The notes: generated from the sequence alone by a model not told the origin. A stretch of DNA of 64,000 bases from Eledone cirrhosa (GCA_964016885.1 OZ024743.1:89280001-89344000), one strand, 5' to 3'. Numbered from the stretch's first letter, positions 1-14,590 are shown. A program made the numbers and translations.

Positions 1-425
1 GGTCAACTTTGCCTTTCATTCATTCGAGGTCGATAAAATAAAGTACCAGTAACGCACTGGAGTCGATATAATCGACTTTCACCTCCTGTTCTGGGAAAGA
101 AGGAGCGTGACGTACCCCTTATTGTCGTGGACAATGTCTTCAGAAGGCTATCTGTGAAGGTTAGTTGTAATTCCGTTGGTAAGACTGCCGTGTAGATCAC
201 AGGAACAAGAAATAAAATATCTTGCTTAAGGACGCAATATTCTGCTCAGTCCAGGAATCGAACTCACGACTTTACAATCGTAAGCATACACTCCCTAACT
301 ACTAAGCCACTATATTTATATATCTTTATTATATATTACACACAATTTCACAATATATTTTCGATCGTAAACCTAACACTCTAACTACTAAGCTACGTAG
401 CTTCACTATATTTATATACATTTAG

Positions 426-485
<60 letters not shown>

Positions 486-1001
486 TTCGTGGAATATTTT
501 CGCAGAGGGTTAGAAAAATCGGATGAGTATGAAACAAAATGCCTATTGTGTCTCTTTTATATTAATTATTATTGTATGTATGCATGGTCCCTGGGGGAGT
601 TGCTGAGGCGTTGTATTGACATACGGAGTTTCTAGGGTATTTTGTATACCTGGTGGAGACTATCTCCTCTCTAGGTCTAAAATACAACAGATTTCTTCCA
701 GAGAAAGATAGAGAGGAAATGAGAAAGAGATATAGAGGAAGAACCGCCCCTAGTATTAGACTGCTACTTTTTTATTGACCTTGAATGGATTAATGGCAAA
801 GTTGACCTCCTTGGGATTCGAGAGCAGAAAGCTGAAACGAATACCGTAAAGCATTCTAGCCAATGCTCTAACGACATATCTTCAACTAGTCAAGAACTGA
901 TATTGCTGACGTTGATATAATCCCATCATCTCTCCTTCAAAATAAGTCACCTTTGCTTAAGTAACAGTTGAGGTTCACAGTTGTATAAATGTAAATATAC
1001 T

Positions 1002-1150
1002 TCATTTGTAGAAGTAACGTCCGAACGAGTAACCTCCATCACCAACTAACTTGCTATGGGTCTCGGCTGACAAGATGGAGAATGCATTACCTTGGAGGAC
1101 GGCGAGGGAGACGCGCTGAAACAGCCACTCCGTCTCACGGGGCTCGATAA
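1002..1150 (-). pseudogene. C-terminal remnant of a restriction-like-endonuclease (CRE-like) non-LTR retrotransposon
   Basis: EPRETEWLFQRVSLAVLQGNAFSIL matches the recalled FQRxSxAxxxGNAxxxL terminal motif. Confidence 0.55.
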
Positions 1151-1809
1151 AAGGCAATATATAATCCACCCACACCTCACTAAAAAGGGCTGAGGACACT
1201 ATCTACTCTTAATATTCGAGTATGTACCACAGAGACACACCAATTTTCTACTATCTACCCGTAGTTTTTGTGTGTTTACCACAGAAACACCAATTTTCTA
1301 CTGTCTACCCGTAGTTAGTTGGGTATTTAACACCTATTTCTACTATCTACCCGGATATCAAGCAAAAACAAACATACATATTTTCTACTACCTACCCGAG
1401 TATCTAGCACAGAAACACACCTACTTTATTTTACCATCTACCCGTAGTTATTCGTGTATCTAGTACTATACAAATACATCTATTTTCATTTCAAGACCCC
1501 CATCAATAAAGGGAAATCTCGAACCCTCAAATGTTAAAAGTTTCCTTTATCCATTTCGTAAAAAAAAAAAAAAAAATACTAATTCTGACCCACATCCATC
1601 CCATCCCACCTACCAACAAATACCAACTAAGAAGGTCAACTCTATTGCACTTTGACTCCTTAATGTCTTTATAAGCCCTATCAAATCTATTTGGTTGGTT
1701 GGTGGACGGCGGAGGAGAGGAGAAATATTTAGATGTAAAGGGAGTGTGTGTGTATATATATATATATATGAGGGAATTGTAGTTTACTTGAAGCATTACG
1801 TAGTGAGGT

Positions 1810-2308
1810 ATAAACGTTTGGAGTTAGAAGGCCAAAACAATGCAGGTATGGATATAGAATATAAATACAAATGCAAAAGATATTGTTGACAATTAGTCTT
1901 TTACCTTAAATTTATTTGAATATCCTTAATTTTCAAGATAATATCTCTTCTTCAGAGGGAAGTAAAGGGGTTAATCCACACGCATGCTTACACCTTCACG
2001 TATTCTCCCACACACACTTAAACATACATGTCCAAACGCTTTTAAAGGGAGACAACCCTTTATCCACCTAACCTTCACTCTTTGACATTAGAAATAGAAT
2101 GGAATTTCTTTACTATTTCCTGTCAGCATGACTTGGCAAGCTAATTAGAACATTGGATTAACCCCTTTACTTTCCTCTGAAGAAGAGATATCATCTCAAA
2201 AATTAAGGATATTCAAATAAATTTAAGGTAAAAGACTAATTGTCAACAATATCTTTTGCATTTGTATTTATATTCTATATCCATACCTGCATTGTTTTGG
2301 CTCCAAAC

Positions 2309-2313
<5 letters not shown>
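1810..2313. mobile_element. Fold-back element with ~165-bp inverted arms, each carrying a minimal hammerhead motif
   Basis: 1810-1978 is the inverse of 2155-2313. The motif (T)CCT-CTGAAGA-A-GAGAT-nnn-ATCTY-GAA-AATT-A-AGGA lies at 1923-1960 (-) and 2172-2209 (+, GAAA mutated). The right arm runs into (TA)n. Confidence 0.72.
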
Positions 2314-3420
<1,107 letters not shown>

Positions 3421-3424
<4 letters not shown>

Positions 3425-3613
3425 TTAATATAGAAATGGCTTCTACGGGACTAGAGCTGTTTCATACGGGAGAAACCATCAGGATGATGATTTCTCAAGA
3501 ATGAAACAGTTCTAGTCCTGTAGAAGCCATTTCAATATTAAATATTTATACACTGCTATGTATTGAGTACCTTACTTACCTTGGTTACCCCCGATTGAAC
3601 CCGGGATAAACTT
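3421..3613 (+). mobile_element. Fold-back family F2 (second, arm-less copy at 6316-6411)
   Basis: Inverted arms 3421-3479 / 3484-3545; TGATGA..GAAAC hammerhead-like core; tail ggttacccccgattgaacccg shared with 6316-6411. Confidence 0.68.
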
Positions 3614-3812
3614 TATATATATATATATATATATATATAATAAAATAGAAAATTTTCGCTCTACATGGCTGAATACAATAAATGTAATCTGAGTTTTTCG
3701 AATATTAATCATAACATTCGATTCGTTTGCAATTATGCAAACAAGCCTCAATTTTATAGCCATGTCAGGCGAATGAACACTTCATTCTTGCTCTTGTGTT
3801 GGCATGCGAACA

Positions 3813-3862
3813 GAACTACAGACACTAATGTTTCTGGATATTACCCTTCATCAGTACAGCTC
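3813..3862 (-). ncRNA. Type I hammerhead ribozyme motif
   Basis: Minus strand: GAGCTGTA-CTGATGA-a-GGGT-aat-ATCC-a-GAA-ACA-ttag-TGT-C-TGTAGTTC; 8-bp stem I with GU pairs, GUC triplet. Confidence 0.75.
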
Positions 3863-4200
3863 ACTGTTCACCTGCCAAACTGTCAGAGCTAGTGAAAATA
3901 TATGCTATTTTCAAAAATACACAGTGACTGATCGGCCTGATTTGCATATTAGCAGACTGGCTGATCAGTCAGATCTGCATATTAGCAGATCCACTGATCA
4001 GCCAGATTTGCATATCAGCAGACTGGCCTGTCAGTTTCCTGTATACGAGCGATAAATGGCTGCCTTGCCAAATTCAAATAAAAAAGAAAATTTTCGCTCT
4101 ACATGTAATCTGAGTTTTTCACAAGAGCAAGAATGAAGGGTTCATTATACTGACATGGTTATAAAATTGAGGCTTGTTTGCATAATTGCAAACGAATCGA

Positions 4201-4378
4201 TGGCTGTATCGGTAGAGGGTTGGACGCCATGCTTTCGAGCATAGTTACGTCCCTTTAGGGTCTGAGTTCAAATCTCGTCGAGGTTAACTTTACCTTTCAT
4301 CCTTACGGGGTCGATAAAAGAAAGTACCAGCAATGCACTGGGTATTTGCTGGCCTTGTGCCAAAAGTAGAAACAATTA
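4201..4378 (+). mobile_element. Same SINE family
   Basis: tggctgtatcggtagaggg...gagttcaaatc...core...agtagaaacaatt. Confidence 0.82.
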
Positions 4379-4613
4379 TTAATATTCGAAAAACTCAGAT
4401 TACATTTATGTATATATATGTATTGGTAAAAGGAAAAGAAAATGCTGACAAATTGTTCCCAGTGAAAAATAGTTTAATTAGGAATAAGTAAAAATTAGTA
4501 ATAAGTATTGGTTAGGATTCAGTTTTGGTTTTAAGTTTTTACCGGTTGCGCATTTCTAATGCTTTTCAAAAATAATTTTGAGATAGAGCGCCCGTGATGT
4601 TTGCTCTAATCTC

Positions 4614-4648
<35 letters not shown>

Positions 4649-4662
4649 ACTTTCTCTCTCTC

Positions 4663-4752
<90 letters not shown>

Positions 4753-5131
4753 TATAAATTAGCGAGAATCGAATTTCAGCTCAGGAATTAACGAAAAACA
4801 CTTCCGAGTTGTGTGACAAGCGCTCGATAATTCATATGAATCAGAGCTACAACATACGTTAAAGGCCGAACACACTGAGATGGTGGTTAAACTAATCATC
4901 CGCACAGCGTAAAAACGATCAAGTAATTCGGGTCAAGCAGATATAAAAATATAAAAATATATAAAAATATATATGATTGAAAATTTACCCGGACCCCTGG
5001 AGAGATGGTAGAATCCAGTATTTGGGTTTCTGCGGCTCCATAAGTCATTTACTGTCCGCTTACATAAAGGATATTAGGCTTCTGGCAAGATGACTGAACA
5101 AGGATGTCGCGTTATATATATATACATACAC

Positions 5132-5267
<136 letters not shown>

Positions 5268-5415
5268 GTGGAACAGTGTAAGGTAATATCCGTAGTGAGG
5301 ATCCGCTAAGGTGAAACAATTGTTCTCGGTATGGTGAACTAACTGTTGTGTAACCACTTCTATATATATATATATATATATATATACTGTATATATATAT
5401 ATATATATATATATA

Positions 5416-5461
<46 letters not shown>

Positions 5462-5465
<4 letters not shown>

Positions 5466-6092
5466 AAATAACGAAACGAAATTAAATTTCGTTTCGTTTG
5501 TAACTCACTTTTGCATGACTGACGCTTAAACAATTAAGTTAAAGATGTACATCCATATATGTATACTGAAATACTAGTATGTATATGAATACACACACGT
5601 ATACATATGTAGATGTACCAAGTTTTTTCACTGGTCACTTTACTGTGAGTGGCCAGCTATTCTGTATGTAAACACACAGACAAACCGGTTTTTAGAGTCA
5701 TACTGGTTTTTGAGGAAACACCTTTCCTCTATTCTCCAGAAAGCCAGACAAGGAATATTGAACTAGTTTCGTTGTTGTTACAACTCATCAGCAATATTTA
5801 CCTATCTTCCGGCCTCTCTAGAGAATCGTAAAAGCACATATCGTTATATGCTTTTTCTATGATAATTAGTAGTGGGCAGACTAATTTGCATAGAGTGTGA
5901 GTAAGTACCGGTTCAACGGAGACGATAAAAACAAATAACGAAACGAAATTAAATTTCGTTTCGTTTGTAACTCACTTTTGTATGACTGACGCTTAAACAA
6001 TTAAGTTAAAGATGTACATCCATATATGTATACTGAAATACTAGTATGTATATGAATACACACACGTATACATATGTAGATGTACCAAGTTT
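5462..6092 (-). mobile_element. Retrozyme-like / non-autonomous Penelope element: 467-nt unit with ~164-nt terminal direct repeat
   Basis: 5462-5625 is repeated at 5929-6092 (period 467, one visible mismatch); hammerhead between the repeats; abuts (TA)n; no ORF. Confidence 0.75.
5754..5798 (-). ncRNA. Type I minimal hammerhead ribozyme motif
   Basis: Minus strand: AATATTG-CTGATGA-GTTGT-aaca-ACAAC-GAA-ACTAGT-T-CAATATT; 7-bp stem I, 5-bp stem II, palindromic ACTAGT stem III, GUU cleavage triplet. Confidence 0.88.
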
Positions 6093-6253
6093 AAAATCCT
6101 AGCTATCGGAGTAGATACCTCTCTATTGAAGGGAGGGTTGTACCAGCTAATAGAGAGGTATCTACTCCGATAGCTAGGATTTTCTTCACTTTTCTGAAAT
6201 TACACTTCCCCATACAACATAGGTACCACACCATCTTTAATAAGAACACAATA

Positions 6254-6258
<5 letters not shown>
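6093..6258 (+). repeat. Fold-back element with 35-bp perfect arms and a tail ending in (TA)n
   Basis: aaaatcctagctatcggagtagatacctctctatt followed by its reverse complement at 6148-6183. Confidence 0.7.
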
Positions 6259-6309
<51 letters not shown>

Positions 6310-6410
6310 CGTATATGATGATTTCCTTCGAATGAAACAGTTCTAGTCCTGTAGAAGCTATTTCTATATCAAAAATTTATACTCTACTGTGGTTACCCCC
6401 GATTGAACCC

Positions 6411-6538
<128 letters not shown>

Positions 6539-7199
6539 AGTGATTAATCAATCATCGTCTGAAAATGTCACTGTACAGTCACACCAGGTTCGAAGTGCGT
6601 TATGGTGTGTCTGTGTCTATGAGTGTATGTGGACGTGTGTATGTGTGTACCTGTGTGTGTGTAGCTGTGTTTGTATACATGTGTCTGTCTATGAGTGTAT
6701 GTGTACATTGTGTATGTGTGTATGTGTCATTATGCAAGTGTATGTGTGTATGTGTGTATGTGTCTGTATGCATGTGTATGAGTATGTGTGTATGTGTCTG
6801 TATGCATGTGTGTGAGTATGTGTGTATGTGTCATTATTCATGTGTGTGAGTATGTGTGTATGTGTCTGTATGCATGTGTGTGTATGTGTCTGTATACATA
6901 TATGTGTGTATGTGTGGGGGTGTAGGGAGCCTTTATATTCTTAAGTGTCCCCTTTTCATTACTTAACGAACCCCCAACAATCTAGGGTTTCCGTAGGAAT
7001 TTCAGCCTTAAAAAAAGAATCATTTTCTCTTTTACCCTTCCTCTCACTCCTAATTGCCTCCTCCACTCCCATTCTCTTTACTATAATCTCTTACTCTTTC
7101 TCCCTCTCCCCCTGCTCCTCCCTCCCTCTCTCTCCAGCTTACACCTCCCCTCATATCCTATCTCTCATTCATTCTTTCTAGTTTTTCGTTCATCTCTCA

Positions 7200-8060
7200 T
7201 CCTATCACTCCTCCTCTCTCACTACTACCTCTCTGCTACTCCCCCTCCCCCTCCCACCGCATCTCTTATCCATCCTACTCCCTCTTTCTCTCCCGTCTCT
7301 GCTCCTCTCCCTCTCTCTCCCTCTCTCTCCCTCTCTCTTCCATCTCTGCTTCTCTCCCCCTCCTTCTCGCTCCCTCTCTTCCATCTCTGCTCCTCTCCCC
7401 CTCCCCCTCTCTCCCTCTCTCTTCCATCTCTGCTCCCCTCTCCCTTCCTCTCTCTCCCTCTTTCTTCCATCTCTGCTCCTCGCCCTCTCACCTCTCTTCC
7501 TCTCTCTTCCATCTCTGCTCCTCTCCCCCTCCCTCTCTCTCCCTCTCTCTTCCTCTCTCTTCCATCTCTGCTCCTCTCCCCCTCCCTCTCTCTCCCTCTC
7601 TCTTCCATCTCTGCCCCCCCCCCCCCCCCCTCTCCCTCTCTTTTCCATCTCTGCTCCCCCCTCTCTCCCTCTCTGCTCCCCTCCCCCTCCCTATCTCTCC
7701 CTCTTTCTTCCATCTCTACTCCTCTCCCTCTCACCTCTCTCTTCCTCTCTCTTCCATGTCGGCTCCTCTCCCTCTCACCTCTCTCTCCCTCTCTTTTCCA
7801 TCTCTTCTCCTCTCCCTCTCACCTCTCTCTCCATCTCTCTTCCATCTCTACTCTTCTACCTCCCTTCTCCAGTTCTCCATCCCCTCCCACTCCATATCTC
7901 ACCATATCACCTCAATCTCTCTCTCTCTCATCTCTGCACCTCTCCCTTTCACCTTTCTCTTCCCCTCTTTCTCTCTCCTTCTGCTCCTCTCCCTCCCCCT
8001 CTTCAGTTCTCTTCCCCCTTCCTTTCTATCTCTTACCCTATCACCTCAATCTCTCTCTCC
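7200..8060. repeat. Polypyrimidine (CT-rich) minisatellite
   Basis: Repeated ctctcttccatctctgctcctctcccc units. Confidence 0.85.
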
Positions 8061-8372
8061 CATCTCAGCTCCTCCCTCCCATCACTCTCTAGTGTCCCCT
8101 CCACCTCGCTCTAGCCAAAACTCAGCACCTCTCTACACACTCTTTCCCCCCACACTCAGCCCCCTCTCTACCCCTACCCCACCCAACTCAGCCCCTCTCT
8201 ACCTCCACCCCACCCTCACTCATCCCCTCTCTACCTCCACCCCACGCTCACTCAGCCCTTCTCTACCCCCACCTAAATCCTCACTCAGCCCCCTCCTCGA
8301 TTTAACACGGTCATCATGGCCAATCTACTCCACGACAACATTGATGGATCACTGTATTAAGTGATGATAGCT

Positions 8373-9075
8373 GGTCCCGGGTGGGTGGGGTATATCTGTG
8401 GCGGAGTGGGGTAGAGATTGGGTGTTGTGAACAGATATAGGGTCCCGGGTGGGTGGGGTATATCTGTGGCGGAGTGGGGTAGAGATTGGGTGTTGTGAAC
8501 AGATATAGGGTCCCGGGTGGGTGGGGTATATCTGTGGAGGAGTGGGGTATTGTGAACATATATAGGGTCTCGAGTGGGTCTCAGCAGGGTGTGCTGTGTC
8601 TGTGGTGGCGGGGTAGAGACCAGCCCGCCCCTTCCTTATGATGGAGTACTTAATAGTAGTAAGAGGGTGATCTAGGACCGCGGGTGGGTGTGCTGTGTCT
8701 GTGGTGGCGGAGTAGAGATCAGCCCGCCTTATGATGGAGTACTTAATAGTAGTAGTAGGAGGCTGCTATAGGGCCGCGGGTGGGTGAGGTATGTCTGTGG
8801 TGGCGAGGTAGAGACTAGCCTCCCCCTTCCTTATGATGGAGTACTTAATAGTAGTAGTAAGAGGGTGATCTAGGGCCGCGGGTGGGTTAGGTATGTCTGT
8901 GGTGGCGGGGTAGAGATTAGCCCCCCCCCCTACCTTATGATGGAGTACTTAATAGTAGTAGGAGGAGGGTGATATAGGGCCGCCGGTGGGTGAGGTATGT
9001 CTGTGGTGGCGAGGTAGAGACTATTCCCCCCCCCACCCCCCTTCCTTATGATGGAGTACTTAATAGTAGTAGAAG
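8373..9075. repeat. Two G-rich minisatellites (68 bp x3; ~100-110 bp x5)
   Basis: ggtcccgggtgggtggggtatatctgtgg.. at 8373, 8441 and 8509; ..ccttatgatggagtacttaatagtagt.. five times. Confidence 0.88.
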
Positions 9076-9149
9076 GTTGGCTAAAGAGATTTTAGTTGTT
9101 GTTAGCATGGTTGCACTGATGTCTTAAATTGTTGACAGACAGTAATGAT

Positions 9150-9575
9150 AGTGGTGGGGGTGGGAGGGGGGGGGGGGTAATTGTGGTGGTGGAGGTGGTG
9201 GTGGTGGTGGTGGTAGTGGTGGTGGTGGTAGTGATGCTGGTAGTAGTGGTGGTGGTAGTTGTGGTGGTGGTAGTGGTGGTAGTGGTGGTGGTAGTTGTGG
9301 TGGTAGTGGTGGTGGTAGTGGTGGTGGAGGTAGTGGTGGTGGTGGTGGTAGTTATGGTGGTAGTAGTGGTGGTGGTGGTGGTGGTAGTTGTGGTGGTGGT
9401 AGTGGTGGTGGTAGTGGTGGTGGAGGTAGTGGTGGTGGTGGTAGTTGTGGTGGTGGTAGTGGTGGTGATGGTGTGGTAGTGATGCTGGTCGTAGTGTTTG
9501 TGGTTGTGGTGGTGACAGTGGTTGTGGTGGTGATAGTGGTCGTGGTGATCTCTAAAGTATTGGTAGTTGTGTCAG
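9150..9575. repeat. (GTG/GTA)n trinucleotide microsatellite
   Basis: Directly visible; a similar tract lies at 13200-13445. Confidence 0.9.
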
Positions 9576-9593
9576 GATGGTGGATTGGCAGAC

Positions 9594-9960
9594 TCTTCTT
9601 CTTCTTCTTCTTCTTCTTCTTCTTCTTCTTCTTCTTCTTCTTCTTCTTCTTCTTCTTCTTCACCCACTTATACCTGAGAGGGTCTTGGAGCAAGAGTCCT
9701 CAAACACTCCTTCCAGCAGGTCCTGTCAGAAGCAACTGTCTCCAACAGATCCGGCTGGATCCTCAGCAAGACCAGCCAAGCTGGATGTTATCCAACCATC
9801 TTGCTCGGAGTCTACCCCTGGGTCCCCTGCCAGTTGGTTTTGCCCGTAGTATCTGTTTAGCGATTCTTTCCTGAGCCGTTCTAACCACATGCTCCTAGTA
9901 TCAGAGCCGTGACCTCTCAATTCGGAGAAGTAGGGGTTCTACCTGGAGTTGGAAGTGCTA
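9594..9960 (-). mobile_element. RTE-clade LINE 3' fragment, same family, (GAA)n tail
   Basis: Reverse complement of 21780-22130-type sequence; (TTC)n at 9594-9661. Confidence 0.75.
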
Positions 9961-9981
9961 TTATGGCTGGAATCTTTAGAG

Positions 9982-10271
9982 CAGGCTTGGGCAACCTACT
10001 TCGAGAAGCGGGCCGCATGAGATATGGCGCGTCATCAGGCGGGCCGCAAGCACTAATTTACATTCATGCCCACATTAAAAAAGGGCGGTAACTCGGGTTG
10101 TTTTAATTTGTTTCTTCCGAATTCGTACATGTTGTTTTCCTCGATCGTAAAAATGATAGAAAGATAAATTACGACTGAAAAGTTGGGATAAAAAAAATCA
10201 GAAATATTTTACTTAGGTGACTTAGGCGAGCCATTCAGAAAGCTTCGCGGGTCGCAAGTTGCCCTTGACTA
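9982..10271. mobile_element. hAT-type MITE (degenerate)
   Basis: CAGGCTTGGGCAAC...gcgggccgc start and gcgggtcgcaagttgccc end; TSD not clear. Confidence 0.55.
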
Positions 10272-10494
10272 TTGGAGAAAATTGCAGCGCTTCCGTTTTG
10301 AATTCAAATCCCACTTGGGTCAAATTTGCCTTTCATCCTTCCGGGGTCAATAAAATTAAGTACCTGTCAAGTACTGGGATCGATTTAAATCGACTTTCCT
10401 ACGCCCCAGAATTGTTGGTATTGTGCCTAAATTATAAACCACGATGACAACACATTGGCAGAATCATAAGTGTGTCGGATGAAATTCATTATAG

Positions 10495-10835
10495 TACGAG
10501 GGTCGGCTGAGAAGTTCTTAGGCTGACCAAGACACTCTCATGGAATGACCAAATGAGGTTTATTTTTCAACATTGTCCCTGGAAAGAAACAATACAGTTA
10601 TTAATAAGAGTTGAAATTCGTGCCTGCAAAATTTCACAGCTCTAGCATCACTCCTTCATACGCTGACCAAGACACTCTCATGGAATGACCAAATGAGGTT
10701 TATTTTTCAACATAGTCGCGAAAAAGAAACAATGCAGTTATTAATAAGAAGAGTTGAAATTAATGCATGCAAGATTTCACAGCTTTAACATCACTCCTTT
10801 ATAGTCAGCCTATGAATTTTCAGGCGACACCCGTA
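10495..10835. mobile_element. Tc1/mariner-type MITE with an internal ~140-bp duplication, inserted in a SINE
   Basis: TA-cgagggtcggctgagaagttcttaggctgac ... gtcagcctatgaattttcaggcgacacccg-TA imperfect TIRs; SINE head upstream and SINE core downstream. Confidence 0.72.
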
Positions 10836-11044
10836 TTTCATTACTGCTCTTTACATTCTGCTTTCCAATTTTATGAGGGTCAACTTTACCTTTCATCTTT
10901 TCGGGGTCAGTAAAATAAGTACCAGTAATGTACTGTGGTCAATATAACCGATATCCCCGCAAAACATTATTAGTCTAGTTAGACGCAATTATTTACTGTA
11001 CTATATAGTTACATCTACTCTACTATATATATAGTTAGACCACA

Positions 11045-12779
11045 CTAATGTACTACACTGTCGTACTGTATGTACTATATACACTTACACTAGACTTATA
11101 CAGTACTATTCTACAGAAATACATACTACACTAATGTACTACACTGTCGTACTGTATGTACTATATACACTTACACTAGACTTATACAGTACTATTCTAC
11201 AGAAATACATACTACACTAATGTACTACACTGTCGTACTGTATGTACTATATACACTTACACTAGGCTTATACAGTACTATTCTACAGAAATACATACTA
11301 CACTAATGTACTACACTGTCGTACTGTATGTACTATATACACTTACACTAGACTTATACAGTACTATTCTACAGAAATACATACTACACTAATGTACTAC
11401 ACTGTCGTACTGTATGTACTATATACACTTACACTAGGCTTATACAGTACTATTCTACAGAAATACATACTACACTAATGTACTACACTGTCGTACTGTA
11501 TGTACTATATACACTTACACTAGACTTATACAGTACTATTCTACAGAAATACATACTACACTAATGTACTACACTGTCGTACTGTATGTACTATATACAC
11601 TTACACTAGACTTATACAGTACTATTCTACAGAAATACATACTACACTAATGTACTACACTGTCGTACTGTATGTACTATATACACTTACACTAGGCTTA
11701 TACAGTACTATTCTACAGAAATACATACTACACTAATGTACTACACTGTCGTACTGTATGTACTATATACACTTACACTAGACTTATACAGTACTATTCT
11801 ACAGAAATACATACTACACTAATGTACTACACTGTCGTACTGTATGTACTATATACACTTACACTAGACTTATACAGTACTATTCTACAGAAATACATAC
11901 TACACTAATGTACTACACAGTCGTACTGTATGTACTATATACACTTACACTAGGCTTATACAGTACTATTCTACAGAAATACATACTACACTAATGTACT
12001 ACACTGTCGTACTGTATGTACTATATACACTTACACTAGGCTTATACAGTACTATTCTGCAGAAATACATACTACACTAATGTACTACACTGTCGTACTG
12101 TATGTACTATATACACTTACACTAGGCTTATACAGTACTATTCTACAGAAATACATACTACACTAATGTACTACACTGTCGTACTGTATGTACTATATAC
12201 ACTTACACTAGGCTTATACAGTACCATTCTACAGAAATACATACTACACTAATGTACTACACTGTCGTACTGTATGTACTATATACACTTACACTAGACT
12301 TATACAGTACCATTCTACAGAAATACATACTACACTAATGTACTACACTGTCGTACTGTATGTACTATATACACTTACACTAGACTTATACAGTACTATT
12401 CTACAGAAATACATACTACACTAATGTACTACACTGTCGTACTGTATGTACTATATACACTTACACTAGACTTATACAGTACTATTCTACAGAAATACAT
12501 ACTACACTAATGTACTACACTGTCGTACTGTATGTACTATATACACTTACACTAGGCTTATACAGTACTATTCTACAGAAATACATACTACACTAATGTA
12601 CTACACTGTCGTACTGTATGTACTATATACACTTACACTAGGCTTATACAGTACTATTCTACAGAAATACATACTACACTAATGTACTACACTGTCGTAC
12701 TGTATGTACTATATACACTTACACTAGGCTTATACAGTACTATTCTACAGAAATACATACTACACTAATGTACTACACA
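11045..12779. repeat. 86-bp tandem satellite, 20 copies
   Basis: Unit ctaatgtactacactgtcgtactgtatgtactatatacacttacactag(a/g)cttatacagtactattctacagaaatacatactaca; starts at 11045, 11131 ... 12765. Confidence 0.97.
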
Positions 12780-13213
12780 GTTGAACCATACTATATACAT
12801 TCATACAATACCAAACAATACTATACTATTATAAAGATATACTATATTATACTATACTATACTATACTATACTATACTATACTATTACATACTTCACTAA
12901 TGTACTACACAGTTGAACCATACTATATACATTCATACAATACCAAACAATACTATATTATTATAACGATATACTATATTATACTATACCAAACAGTACT
13001 ATATTATTATAACGATATACTATATTATACTATACTATACTATACTATTACATACTTCACTAATGTACTACACAGTTGAACTATACTATATACATTTATG
13101 CTATTCTATACTATAGTAATGTACTATTCAGCTTTCTTGTACTATACAAACATACACTGCTAGTTACTATTGTAACACCATATTGTACTACTATATTCAT
13201 AGTGGTGCTTGTC

Positions 13214-13286
<73 letters not shown>

Positions 13287-13451
13287 TAGTAGTAGTGGTA
13301 GTAGTGGTAGTAGTAGTAGTGATGGTGGTAGTGGTAGTAGTAGTAGTGGTGGTGGTGGTGGTAGTAAGGTGGTGATGAAGATGACGACATCTATGATGGT
13401 AATGGCGATAATAGTAATGATGTTGGCGGTGATGATGGTGGTGATGACGTG

Positions 13452-13490
<39 letters not shown>

Positions 13491-13561
13491 ACATACATAT
13501 ATATATATATACATATACATACATATATATATACATACATATATATATATATATATGTATG

Positions 13562-13600
<39 letters not shown>

Positions 13601-13744
13601 TTGTATGTATACATATATATATATATATATATGTATGTATATATATATACATATATATATACATATATATATATATATGTATATATATATATGTATATAT
13701 ATATATGTATATATATACATATATATACATATATATATATATAC

Positions 13745-13775
<31 letters not shown>

Positions 13776-14318
13776 CATACATATATATATATATATATAT
13801 ACATACATATATATATATAGTTATATATATATACATACATATATATATATATACATATATATACATACAGATATATATATACATATATATATATACATAT
13901 ATATATATATATGTATGTATATATAAATGTATACATTTTATATATATACATATATATATATACATATATACATATATATACATACATATATATATATATA
14001 CATATATATATAAAGGAACGATCGACTTTCGTCAAATCGGACCGAGGGAACAATGTTTCCGTTAGTCTTTCCAGTTGCTAATACTATCTATCGGTCGCAA
14101 CTCCAGGTAGAAGGAGCAACGTGAAATAAAGTGTCTTGCTCAAGGACATAACGCATCACCTGGTCCAGGAATCGAACTCACAACCTTACGATTGCGAATC
14201 CAATTCTCTAACCACTCAGTCACACGTCTTCACATATATATATATATACATATATATAATGCATTTATGTATGCATATATGTATGTGTGTATGTATATAT
14301 TTATATATACATATATAC

Positions 14319-14378
<60 letters not shown>

Positions 14379-14590
14379 GTATATATATATGTATATATAT
14401 ATATGTATATATATATATGTATATGTATGTATATATGTATGTATATATGTATGTATATATATATATATGTATGTATATATATGTATATATATATATATAT
14501 ATATGTAAATATATATATATGTAAATATATATATATATGTATGTATATATATATATGCATATGTATGTATATATATATATGTATGTATAT

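Larger units (their letters stand above)
3641..4411 (-). mobile_element. Non-autonomous Penelope-like element with direct repeat plus inverted arm, SINE inserted in the arm
   Basis: agaaaattttcgctctacatg repeats at 3647 and 4085 (period ~438); 4121-4200 plus 4378-4411 is the reverse complement of ~3678-3797; TA tracts on both sides; hammerhead inside. Confidence 0.7.

Noticed and set aside
7205-8364. Arg/Glu/Gly-rich and Ser/Pro/Leu-rich ORFs
   Set aside because: Translations of CT-rich low-complexity repeats.
11045-12779. CRISPR-like regular array
   Set aside because: Units are contiguous and identical with no unique spacers; eukaryotic context and no cas genes.
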